Source of the DNA: Candidatus Poribacteria bacterium
GTDB lineage: Bacteria > Poribacteria > WGA-4E > JAJDTR01
Length of the DNA stretch: 64,000 bases
Reading direction: 5' to 3'
Assembly (NCBI GenBank): GCA_965208765.1
Contig: OZ242354.1
Coordinates: 2,921,281 to 2,985,280, forward strand
In this document: one piece after another, positions 41,501 through 49,515 of the stretch
Layout: each line of letters starts with the position of its first letter
How positions within the stretch are numbered: position 1 is the stretch's first letter
Notes under the pieces: model-generated
The model's input: the letters and a program-made list of their open reading frames with translations, nothing else
Told to the model about the DNA's origin: nothing
The model's database searches: none
Position numbers and translations under genes: made by a program

Positions 41501-41712
41501 ATGAGGGTCAAAGGGCGATTCAATCCTATCGACGGGCAATCGAACTTGCACCCAACGAACCTATACCGCATACCGACTTGGCAGAGTTGTACTTTTCGCG
41601 GAAACGGTATGACGACGCGCTGAAAGCCAATGCGTCAGCAATCCGCCTCGCACCGGGTGTCCCGGAGCTTGAGGAGCAGCGCCGGCGGATCCAGGCTGCA
41701 ATGCCAAAGTAA
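38521..41712 (+). CDS. Fused membrane (MFS-like, about 13 TM) / spermidine-synthase-like (PABS) / C-terminal TPR-repeat protein
   Basis: Two runs of TM helices and a PABS domain (LVVGFGMGVTSYSI...DAVEIS...DMISTG). Four to five TPR repeats lie at the C-terminus. GTG start. Confidence 0.8.
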   Translation: MSRIKPIVWLIFLLSGASGLVYEVVWTRQLTLVFGSTVFATSTVLTAFMGGLALGSYYFGRMADRERRPLRLYAILEAGIGGFALIWPLLLSVLNAIYILAYRGLGAEFYALSLIRFALSFLVLLLPSTLMGGTLPILSRFFVNRLERLGLNVGALYALNTFGAVVGCIAAGFFLIQYLGVQASIYLAAGINFAVAVIAFLLDRMSVQNTENGEVETRETQSASDPAPVNTASDPVFRLVLWAFAVSGFCALSYEVFWTRILVFFLGSTTYAFSTMLAAFLFGIALGSFIFAWVADRLKSLVNLLGLVQIGIGLAAVALIPAFGGLYGISSTLQSMFGGGRFWAFFACVIVMSLPTLLMGISFPLVARIYTVNAAKLGRSIGNVYALNTVGSILGAFCAGFIFIPLIGIRPGIVLMAALNLIVGCVLIFRNENRSRFFNGAAVGGTIVTAGIAVIILFAANKPLFLKSAIFRTQRPGDTIIDYKEEVDATVTTLKDDEDVYRLYVDTNQAADASRWDSPSHRVIAHLPLLLHPNPKRALVVGFGMGVTSYSITQHGVRVDAVEISKGVVDSARAHFSHVNHDVLDNPLFSHFINDGRNYILMTRQKYDMISTGIIHPLVSAGSSNIYTADFYRLCRRILTDDGIMCQWVPLHRVPEGHYKTIVRTFVKVFPHTTLWYKYTPDFVILIGTPHPLRINYEDFLARAEIPSIREGLAHDDLDSMSLLDSFMMGEKRVLEYVGDGPIHTDNRPHLEFFRAQDLANTTPVNIVGMTKHRERVTAYLDNYGRTIDQKKEIRGQIRQYFDATEKLIQGQIEYAKGDYDRAVGLLNQATAINPDDETIHYNLRVVADLFNEEYQGELKQLEQLVKQAQQKDPKDAEGYLQLAVIYEGQGKLEEAAEALEQAIDIEPAKVQFYLLLGPIYERQERFDEALRTYRRLEKVDPNLPAPILQAMAFIQHQKKEHDDALKHAKRALEADATSWRTHYLLGSIYAAKDEGQRAIQSYRRAIELAPNEPIPHTDLAELYFSRKRYDDALKANASAIRLAPGVPELEEQRRRIQAAMPK

Positions 41713-41790
41713 TAGGCATACCCCGTATGCCGTTACCAGAAGAACAAAGTAGTAGGCATACTCCGTATGCCGTAACCGGAAGAACTACCG
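41713..41790 (+). terminator. Tandem 33-bp direct repeats, each a GGCATAC..GTATGCC hairpin, after the fusion gene
   Basis: TAGGCATACCCCGTATGCCGTTACCAGAAGAAC and TAGGCATACTCCGTATGCCGTAACCGGAAGAAC. Confidence 0.5.
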
Positions 41791-41850
41791 CAGGCAGTTA
41801 AGGAGACGTTAATGCAAACCCAAGAAGTGAAAAGGAGTTGTCGGTAACAA

Positions 41851-43104
41851 ATGCAGATTCAATCACCAAAGGGGACGAGAGACATTCTCCCTTCAGATAT
41901 CCAGACTTGGCAATGGGTGGAGAAAGTTGCGAGATCGGTTTTCGAGACCTACGGCTATCAGGAGATCCGAACTCCGATCTTCGAGAGCACCGAACTCTTC
42001 GTGCGCGGCGTTGGCGATACCACCGACATCGTTGAAAAGGAGATGTACACTTTTGACGATAAAGCCAACCGCAGCATCACGCTCCGCCCGGAAGGCACGG
42101 CGCCGGTGGTCCGCGCAATTCTCCAGAATCGGTTGCTGGAGGGAACAAATGTGCTAAAACTGTATTACAACGGGCGCATGTACCGTTACGAAAGACCGCA
42201 GAAAGGGCGTTTTCGCGAGCACTGGCAGGTCGGTGTGGAGGTCTTCGGGGCTGCGGGACCTGCCGTTGATGCAGAAGTCATTGCGTTAGCCCACCACTTC
42301 TACTCGACACTCGGTTTCAAAGATTTGATGTTACATCTCAACACCATCGGCGACCGCACCTGTCGCCCAAACTATGTGACGAAGCTCAAGGCGTTCACGA
42401 AGAGCCGTCTCGATCAGTTCTGTAAGGAGTGCCAAGGACGCTATGAGCGCAATCCGTTACGCCTTTTCGACTGCAAGAAGGGCTGCCGCGAGATCCTTGC
42501 CGAAGGTCCTCGACTGATGGACTATCTAAGTGAACCGTGTCGTGAACATTTCGATTCGGTCAAGCATTATCTAGATTTGTCAGGGATAGACTATACCGAG
42601 AATCCGGATCTCGTAAGGGGGATGGACTACTACTCCCGCACCACGTTTGAATTCACCGCTGGCGGTCTCGGTGCGCAGAACGCTATAGGCGGCGGCGGAC
42701 GCTACGATTATCTCGTCGAAGAACTTGGTAGCAAGTCAACCCCGGGAATCGGGTTCGGGCTTGGCGTTGACCGTATCATACTCGCATTGCAGGCGCAAGA
42801 AGTCGCGATTCCGACGCAGCCCCACGTCGAAGCGTATATCGCCGTGCTCGGGGACGATGCGATGCCGGTTGCCTTTCAATTGGCGCAACGCCTTCGGATA
42901 GGTGACATCCGAACCGAGCTTGAGCACACCGGACGCAGCTTGAAAGCACAGATGAAAACGGCAAACAAGCTTGATGCGCGGTACGTCGTCATCCTCGGTG
43001 AAGATGAGATTAGAGACGAAACTGCGACAGTGCGCGATATGGGGACCGGCGAACAACAGTCCATTGGGTTTAACCAATTGGTTGAGAAATTGAGGACACA
43101 CTAA
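41851..43104 (+). CDS. hisS: Histidine--tRNA ligase
   Basis: PKGTRDILP, class II aaRS motifs 1-3 and a C-terminal anticodon-binding domain. 417 aa. Confidence 0.9.
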   Translation: MQIQSPKGTRDILPSDIQTWQWVEKVARSVFETYGYQEIRTPIFESTELFVRGVGDTTDIVEKEMYTFDDKANRSITLRPEGTAPVVRAILQNRLLEGTNVLKLYYNGRMYRYERPQKGRFREHWQVGVEVFGAAGPAVDAEVIALAHHFYSTLGFKDLMLHLNTIGDRTCRPNYVTKLKAFTKSRLDQFCKECQGRYERNPLRLFDCKKGCREILAEGPRLMDYLSEPCREHFDSVKHYLDLSGIDYTENPDLVRGMDYYSRTTFEFTAGGLGAQNAIGGGGRYDYLVEELGSKSTPGIGFGLGVDRIILALQAQEVAIPTQPHVEAYIAVLGDDAMPVAFQLAQRLRIGDIRTELEHTGRSLKAQMKTANKLDARYVVILGEDEIRDETATVRDMGTGEQQSIGFNQLVEKLRTH

Positions 43105-43118
43105 GTCTGAGGAACTTT

Positions 43119-43213
43119 CGTAGGGTGGAATCAAGCGAATGGATAATGAGCGATCAACTGAGTGGATAACGAAGACGATAGTAGATCCTGATAGGACTCC
43201 CCTGCCCACCAGC
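43119..43213 (+). repeat. REP hairpin with a full MITE insert, copy 1 in the hisS-aspS spacer
   Basis: GTAGGGTGG, then AATCAAGCGAATGGATAATGAGCGATCAACTGAGTGGATAACGAAGACGATAGTAGATCCTGATAGGACTCCCC, then TGCCCACCAGCC followed by TTTTTT. Confidence 0.65.
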
Positions 43214-43455
43214 CTTTTTTCCGCGCAACATTCCCTGTAGGAGCGAGTTTCACTCGCGACAGAAAATCTCGTGACTTGGAGTTGATCCTAAAAGGCTTGT
43301 GGGGGTAATCTTTCGAATCAAGATAGAACCAATGAGTCAGCCTTTTGTAAGCCACGGAGTGGCGGAAGGTGTATAGAAATGCCGAAACCCGAGCCGTTCA
43401 AGCCCCAGCGGGGCGACAGGTGACAACCTGCATAACCCAAGGGCTTTAGCATTCG

Positions 43456-43556
43456 TAGGGTGGAATCAAGCGAATGGATAATGAGCGATCAACTGAGTGG
43501 ATAACGAAGATGATAGTAGATCCTGATAGGATTTCCCTACCCACCAGCCTTTTTCC
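43456..43556 (+). repeat. REP hairpin with a full MITE insert, copy 2 (about 95% identical direct repeat of copy 1)
   Basis: Same 100-bp sequence with a few substitutions (GAAGATGATAG, GGATTTCCCTACCCACC). Confidence 0.65.
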
Positions 43557-43732
43557 CTGGAATATTTACTGTAGGAGCAAGTTTCACTCGCGACCTGGAG
43601 GTCGCTCCTACAGTAAGTTCGAGGTCGAGATCCTCCACTAGAAAATAATTTCTTCCTTTTATCTTCACCGCGCATAATGAATGAACAGAATACTGACCCA
43701 CTCATACCACAAGGAGAACCGAAATACACACA

Positions 43733-45739
43733 ATGCCTGAAATGAAAAGGACGCACTATTGCGGAGAACTGCGGCTCGCCGACGCCGGAAAATCTGCCCG
43801 ACTAACCGGCTGGGTCGCCCGCCGTCGAGACCACGGCGGCGTCATATTCGTCGATCTACGCGATCGGACAGGAATCACGCAGGTCGTCTTCGATCCGGAG
43901 ATCGACCCCGAATCACACCAACTCGCACACCAGATTCGTAACGAATTTGTGTTGTGCGCCGCCGGGAGTGTACGCGAGCGCGTCGAAGGCGACCTATTGG
44001 CGCTGACGGATCGAAAGCATCAAGCCGACCTCGACGCCGGTCACCTCTCCGAGGATCTCAAATCTACGTTCGAAGACGATAGACATTCACTCTCGGCGGA
44101 CGTGACGGTTACCGTTCGAGAAACAGGGAGCCGATGGCTGATCACCGACAATGAGAGCAGCCGAACCTACGCGGCGAAAGTCGTTGACGACGCGCTCCAC
44201 ATCTATCAGGGCACCGTCAATCCTGAGCTTGACACCGGCGAAATCGAGCTGGCAACGAATCAGCTAGAGATCTTGAACCGCGCCGAAACGCCGCCGTTCC
44301 CCGTGGAAGACGAGATCGATACCGACGAAGAGATTCGCATGACGTACCGCTACATCGATCTCCGCCGTCCCAAGATGCAGAAGATGTTGTCCGTTCGACA
44401 CAAAGCCATGCTCGCCGCCCGGAAGTACATGGATGAGCAGGGGTTCCTTGAAATCGAAACACCAATCCTGATGAACAGCACGCCCGAAGGCGCGCGGGAC
44501 GTGCTCAGCCCAAGCCGACTCAATGCCGGCAACTTCTACGCGCTGCCGCAATCGCCGCAGCAGTTCAAGCAGATCCTGATGATGAGCGGCGTTGACCGCT
44601 ACTTCCAGATTCCCCGCTGTTTCCGCGATGAGGACACCCGCGCCGACCGGCAGCTCGAGTTCACGCAACTTGATCTTGAGATGTCCTTTGCGACAGTGGA
44701 TGAGGTCCTCGAAGTCAGCGAAGGATTGATGAAACGCATGTTTGAGGAAGCCGCGGGGATTCCGGTACCGACGCCGTTTCCGCGTATTTCCTACCACGAC
44801 TCCATGGCGCGGTTCGGGAACGACAAACCGGACACCCGCTTTGGGATGGAACTCTCCGACCTCTCCGATCTCGTCGCCGGCTGCGATTTCAAGGTGTTTA
44901 CCGGCGCCTTGGAACGGAAGGGGCAGGTGAAGGGGATCGCCGTGCCCGGCGGAGCGGCGTTTTCACGAAAAGAGATTGAGGACTTGACCGAATTTGTGGG
45001 GATCTACAAGGCGAGGGGATTGGCGTGGATAAAAGTGACCGAGAAGGGGTTCGAATCCAGCATCGTCAAATTCTTCAGCGAGGAGACGCTCAAAGCGGTG
45101 GCGGGACGGATGGAAGCAAAACCGGGAGACATCATGATGTTCGTCGCCGATCAGCCGAAGGTGGTTGCGGATGCCCTGTCAAACCTGCGGCTTCAACTCG
45201 GACGGCAACTCGATCTCATTGACGAGAGCCGATTCGACTTTCTCTGGATTGTCGATTATCCGCTATTCGATTGGAACGAAGACGAAAACCGTTACGAACC
45301 CTTCCACCACCTCTTTACGGCACCGACCGACGACAGTATTCCGCTGTTGGAGACCGATCCCGGTAACGCCCAATCGCAGCACTACGATCTCGTCATCAAC
45401 GGCATAGAGATTTGCAGCGGCAGCGTCCGAATCCATCGCTGGGACATCCAGCAAAAGGTGCTGGAACTCCTGAACATCGGTCCCGAAGAGGTCGAACGGC
45501 GTTACGGCTACTTCATCAAAGCGCTGCAGCACGGCACTCCGCCGCACGCCGGAATCGCCCCCGGGCTGGACCGCATCTTGATGCTGATGACCGGCGAGGA
45601 GAATATCCGAGAGGTCATCGCCTTCCCCAAAACCCAAAAAGGCTTATGCCTCCTCACCAGCGCCCCCTCCCAAGTCACGGACGAACAGTTGGAGGAGTTG
45701 TCAATTAAGGTTGATTTGGAGGATCAAGCGAGCGAATAG
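43733..45739 (+). CDS. aspS: Aspartate--tRNA ligase with an insertion of about 75 aa in the N-terminal anticodon-binding OB domain
   Basis: OB-fold (GWVARRRDHGGVIFVDLRD), class II motifs, GAD insertion domain and C-terminal GLDR. 668 aa against a typical 590. Confidence 0.9.
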   Translation: MPEMKRTHYCGELRLADAGKSARLTGWVARRRDHGGVIFVDLRDRTGITQVVFDPEIDPESHQLAHQIRNEFVLCAAGSVRERVEGDLLALTDRKHQADLDAGHLSEDLKSTFEDDRHSLSADVTVTVRETGSRWLITDNESSRTYAAKVVDDALHIYQGTVNPELDTGEIELATNQLEILNRAETPPFPVEDEIDTDEEIRMTYRYIDLRRPKMQKMLSVRHKAMLAARKYMDEQGFLEIETPILMNSTPEGARDVLSPSRLNAGNFYALPQSPQQFKQILMMSGVDRYFQIPRCFRDEDTRADRQLEFTQLDLEMSFATVDEVLEVSEGLMKRMFEEAAGIPVPTPFPRISYHDSMARFGNDKPDTRFGMELSDLSDLVAGCDFKVFTGALERKGQVKGIAVPGGAAFSRKEIEDLTEFVGIYKARGLAWIKVTEKGFESSIVKFFSEETLKAVAGRMEAKPGDIMMFVADQPKVVADALSNLRLQLGRQLDLIDESRFDFLWIVDYPLFDWNEDENRYEPFHHLFTAPTDDSIPLLETDPGNAQSQHYDLVINGIEICSGSVRIHRWDIQQKVLELLNIGPEEVERRYGYFIKALQHGTPPHAGIAPGLDRILMLMTGEENIREVIAFPKTQKGLCLLTSAPSQVTDEQLEELSIKVDLEDQASE

Positions 45740-45778
45740 TAGTCGTAGGGTGCGCACTGCGCACCAGCCTTTGGTCTT

Positions 45779-45807
45779 GTAGGGTGGGCGCCGCCCACCA
45801 TTTTTTT
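45779..45807 (+). terminator. Rho-independent terminator after aspS
   Basis: GTAGGGTGGGCGCCGCCCACCA followed by TTTTTTT. It is preceded by a second REP-like hairpin, GTAGGGTGCGCACTGCGCACC, at 45744-45768. Confidence 0.7.
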
Positions 45808-45819
45808 GCTTCCCGGTTT

Positions 45820-45990
45820 TTGTAGGGTGCGATCAAGAAGCGAATAGATAAACTGAGCGGATAGCGAAGGCGATAGAGATTCCCCGCGCACCAGCCTTTG
45901 ATCTTTTAGGGTGGGATCAAGCGACCGGATAGAATCAACCGAACGAATAGTGAGGGCGATAGTAAATCCTGCGCGATAGAGGTTTCTCGT
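45820..45990 (+). repeat. Two adjacent MITE-like units, the first inside a GGTGCG/CGCACC REP hairpin
   Basis: GTAGGGTGCG, then ATCAAGAAGCGAATAGATAAACTGAGCGGATAGCGAAGGCGATAGAGATTCCCC, then GCGCACCAGCC. This is followed by TAGGGTGGGATCAAGCGACCGGATAGAATCAACCGAACGAATAGTGAGGGCGATAGTAAATCCTGCGCGATAGAGG. Confidence 0.6.
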
Positions 45991-46064
45991 CATATTGCAG
46001 ATTTCTTTTCTTACTGCCCACCAAGAGCTAACCTCCACCAACGAACACACACAGTCGGAAACAT

Positions 46065-47237
46065 GTGGAGATAATCCTCATGGCTGAATACATGAAAGGG
46101 ATTAATCCCGCTATAATCAAGTGGGCAAGAGAACGCTCGGGATACACGCTTGAGGAAATCGCCGATTCCCTCAACAAGGACACTGAAACTATCTCCAACT
46201 GGGAGTCCGGGAGTTCTGCGCCGACCTATGCCCAGCTTGAAAAACTGGCTGACAAATGCAAACGCCCTATCGCCCTGTTTTTCTTCCCTGAAGTTCCCGA
46301 AGAGCCTGATTTGGTCAATCAGCTTGCGCTGCGAAGTTCAGAAATCGAGGCACTAAGCCCCAACATCCGCTTGCTGTTACGTCATGCTGCTGCCAGACAG
46401 ATTTCATTGATGGAACTGAATATGGGCGTGAACCCTGTCGAAACGAGAATCTTTCGCGATCTTCATGCCCGACTTGACGATTCCGTGACAGTATTAGCCC
46501 ACCAAGCCCGGGAATACTTGGAAGTCAGCGTTGAAACACAAGCAAGTTGGAAATCCTCGACAGAGGCGCTCGGGATCTGGCGAAACCGCATTGAGGACAA
46601 AGGTATCTTCGTTTTCAAGGACGCATTCCAGGATGATTTCGTTGATGGGTTTTCGCTCGTCCATGACCAGTTTCCTGTTATCTATCTGAACAATAGTCGG
46701 CCCCACGTCAGACAAATCTTCTCACTCTTTCATGAGTTGGCTCACCTGTTGCTCCGGCGTAACGGCATTACACGCGGCGTCAAAATTGGTGAGGAGAAAA
46801 TTGAGCGGTTTTGCAACCGATTTGCCGCTGAATTCTTGGTACCGTCGTCCGATTTGGAAACGAGGCTCGATTTTCCAGATTACGATGATGCCGCAATTTG
46901 GAAATTGGCACGGCACTATAAGGTTAGCCGTCCGGTTATTCTGCTCAAACTGATCGATCGACACATTCTGGAACCGACTGACTATGAGCGGATGACAAAA
47001 AAATGGAAAGAGGCGCAGGAATCCAAGCTTGAACAAGCTGCCGTAAGCAACAAACCTGGAGGAGGAGACTATTACAACACCCGCGCAGTGTACCTAGGAT
47101 ACAGATTCCTGGAGCTCGCCTTCAGCAGATATCATCAAGGTGGATGTTCTATTGAAGAACTCGCAGGGCATCTGAACGTTAAGGTAAAAAATTTGCCTGG
47201 GCTGGAAGACCGTCTATTGAGGAAAGCAACCGGCTAA
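46065..47237 (+). CDS. XRE-family HTH fused to an ImmA/IrrE-family zinc metallopeptidase (COG2856-like)
   Basis: N-terminal HTH (IIKWARERSGYTLEEIADSL) and the metallopeptidase HEXXH (FHELAHLLL). The stop overlaps the downstream ATG. Confidence 0.75.
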   Translation: MEIILMAEYMKGINPAIIKWARERSGYTLEEIADSLNKDTETISNWESGSSAPTYAQLEKLADKCKRPIALFFFPEVPEEPDLVNQLALRSSEIEALSPNIRLLLRHAAARQISLMELNMGVNPVETRIFRDLHARLDDSVTVLAHQAREYLEVSVETQASWKSSTEALGIWRNRIEDKGIFVFKDAFQDDFVDGFSLVHDQFPVIYLNNSRPHVRQIFSLFHELAHLLLRRNGITRGVKIGEEKIERFCNRFAAEFLVPSSDLETRLDFPDYDDAAIWKLARHYKVSRPVILLKLIDRHILEPTDYERMTKKWKEAQESKLEQAAVSNKPGGGDYYNTRAVYLGYRFLELAFSRYHQGGCSIEELAGHLNVKVKNLPGLEDRLLRKATG

Positions 47238-47704
47238 TGGCTTACGTATTTGACACCAACAGTTTTAGGGTGCTCGGCAACTACTATCCCGATCAATTCC
47301 CGACTTTTTGGAGACAATTCAATCAGGCGGTAATAGATGGGAAGATAACCTCCGTTAGGGAGGCTCACAGAGAATTAGAATCCCAGGTACAGCCTCCTTT
47401 GCTTGATTGGGTAAAAGACCATAAAAGTATTTTCACATCGCCCACCACAACGGAGACACGATTCATCACCGATATTTTCTCCATTAAGCATTTTCAAACA
47501 CTAGTGAGCGTGCAAAGCCGCTTAGAAGGTCATCCGTGCGCCGATCCGTTTATCATTGCAAAAGCAGAGTTCATAGAAGGATGCGTTGTCACAGAAGAAA
47601 CGTTGAAACCCAATGCCGCGAAAATCCCGAATGTTTGTGAGCGCTTTGAGATTGACTGTACAAATCTCCAAGGGTTCATGGAAAGAGAGGGTTGGACTTT
47701 CTAA
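47237..47704 (+). CDS. DUF4411 (PIN-like) domain protein, the common partner of HTH-ImmA proteins
   Basis: MAYVFDTNSFRVLGNYYP has a PIN-like N-terminal acidic motif. 155 aa, translationally coupled to the upstream gene (TAATG). Confidence 0.65.
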   Translation: MAYVFDTNSFRVLGNYYPDQFPTFWRQFNQAVIDGKITSVREAHRELESQVQPPLLDWVKDHKSIFTSPTTTETRFITDIFSIKHFQTLVSVQSRLEGHPCADPFIIAKAEFIEGCVVTEETLKPNAAKIPNVCERFEIDCTNLQGFMEREGWTF

Positions 47705-47768
47705 TCTCGCTCGGAATCAAAAATCACCAGCTACTTAATGCTAACAGCTTGGAGGAAGAGAAACACCT

Positions 47769-49499
47769 ATGGCACGAAACAGCCGCACCTCCCAATCCCC
47801 CGAAGTCCAAGACTACCGCCACGACGACGCCACCCGACGAAACAACCCGCCCGCCGCCATCGCTTCCCAAGGAAGAATCCGCGAAACACCCAAGCAGGAA
47901 TACGCCTACAACCCCCACCTGCCGCCCATTCTCCGATTCGACGACACCGGCAACGCCGACCAAATCCCCGAACTCCTCGAAAAGGCAAAGAACGGACTCT
48001 CCGACGACGAAATCAAAATCCTAGCCGACGCCTTGAAAGACCGCACCCCCTGGCTCGAATGGGCGGGCAAACAGGAGGCGAAATCCTTCGCCGTAGATCC
48101 GGTGGCGCTGCATATCCACGAACGCTTGAGCGCAAAAGCTATCTTGAGAACCGCGGCGCGCCAAGATGTTCAGCGGGAGCTATTTGCTGATCCGCAGCAG
48201 GAATACCACGAAGCCGTGCGGTTCTACCAGCACGACGTGGATTGGTCGAACCGCCTCATCTTGGGCGATAGCCTCACCGTGATGACTTCCCTCGCGCACC
48301 GCGAGGACCTTGCCGGCAAGGTGCAGATGATTTACATCGACCCGCCCTACGGCATCAACTTCCGATCAAACTTTCAGCCCACCGTCTTTCAGCGTGATGT
48401 GAAAGACAAAGCGAGCGACCTAACCCGCGAACGAGAACAGATTAAAGCCTACCGTGACACCTGGACGCTCGGCGTCCACTCCTACCTCGCCTACCTGCGC
48501 GACCGTCTGATAGTTGCTAGAGACCTCCTGACCGACAGCGGTAGCATCTTCGTGCAGATTGGTGATGAGAATGTCCATCGCGTGCGATGTCTGATGGACG
48601 AGGTATTTGGGAGCGAGAATTTTGTTCGAGAAATCGTTTTCACGAAGACAACAGGACTTGGACAAGTATTGCTCAACAGCGTCAACGATTATGTGCTTTG
48701 GTACGCCAAGAACCGTGAGGCTGTGAAGTACCGACAGGTCTATTTTGAGAAAGTAGCCGGTACAGCGGGTGCCAGCAGGTATAAAAATAGTGATGATAAT
48801 GGGAGGTTGTATTCTACTACCGATCTGAGATCCCAAACTGGTACAGAACGATCACGATTCCCGATTATGTTTCAAGACAAACCTTACACCGTCTCCGGGA
48901 CACGAGGATGGTCAACAAACGAGATTGGGGTGGAACGAATTGTCGCCTCAGAACGTGTCGTTGTTGAAGGAAATACCCTTAGATTCAAGAGATACTTAGA
49001 TGATTATCCTGTACTACCAACAAATAATGTATGGGCAGATGTCGGTGGGATTCAAAGCCGCACTGATCCTAAGATATATGTCGTCCAGACAACTAACAAA
49101 GTTATCGAACGCTGTCTCCTCATGACCACCGACCCCGGCGATCTCGTCCTCGATCCCACTTGTGGCGCCGGCACCACCGCCTACGTCGCGGAGGGTTGGG
49201 GCAGAAGGTGGATAACCATTGACACCAGCCGTGTAGCGATTGCCCTGGCACGTCAACGCCTCTTGACGGGCAGTTTCGACTATTTCGAACTCCAAGACGA
49301 ATCGAATGGTGTCGCGGGCGGATTCATCAATAAAACCGTCCCGCACATCACACTGAGAAGCATCGCCCAAAACACCGCGCTCGACCCCATTTTCGCGCAA
49401 CATGAACCCATTCTCCAAGACAAGTTGGAGACGCTGAACCGCGCTTTGGGGGCGGTAACGCCACAGATTCGGACGGCGCTGGGAACTTCCCGCAAGTGA
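47769..49499 (+). CDS. mod: Type III restriction-modification Mod subunit (beta-class N6-adenine DNA methyltransferase)
   Basis: Motif IV, MIYIDPPYGINF, lies N-terminal to motif I, LDPTCGAGTTAYVA. 576 aa, with a Type III res gene downstream. Confidence 0.8.
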   Translation: MARNSRTSQSPEVQDYRHDDATRRNNPPAAIASQGRIRETPKQEYAYNPHLPPILRFDDTGNADQIPELLEKAKNGLSDDEIKILADALKDRTPWLEWAGKQEAKSFAVDPVALHIHERLSAKAILRTAARQDVQRELFADPQQEYHEAVRFYQHDVDWSNRLILGDSLTVMTSLAHREDLAGKVQMIYIDPPYGINFRSNFQPTVFQRDVKDKASDLTREREQIKAYRDTWTLGVHSYLAYLRDRLIVARDLLTDSGSIFVQIGDENVHRVRCLMDEVFGSENFVREIVFTKTTGLGQVLLNSVNDYVLWYAKNREAVKYRQVYFEKVAGTAGASRYKNSDDNGRLYSTTDLRSQTGTERSRFPIMFQDKPYTVSGTRGWSTNEIGVERIVASERVVVEGNTLRFKRYLDDYPVLPTNNVWADVGGIQSRTDPKIYVVQTTNKVIERCLLMTTDPGDLVLDPTCGAGTTAYVAEGWGRRWITIDTSRVAIALARQRLLTGSFDYFELQDESNGVAGGFINKTVPHITLRSIAQNTALDPIFAQHEPILQDKLETLNRALGAVTPQIRTALGTSRK

Positions 49500-49515
49500 G
49501 TGGAAGGAGTGGGAG

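Noticed and set aside
47692-48190. Pro/Arg-rich alternative-frame ORFs over the N-terminus of mod (47692-48024 and 47738-48190)
   Set aside because: These are overlapping frames of the same DNA. Only the frame carrying DPPY and downstream methyltransferase motifs is coherent.
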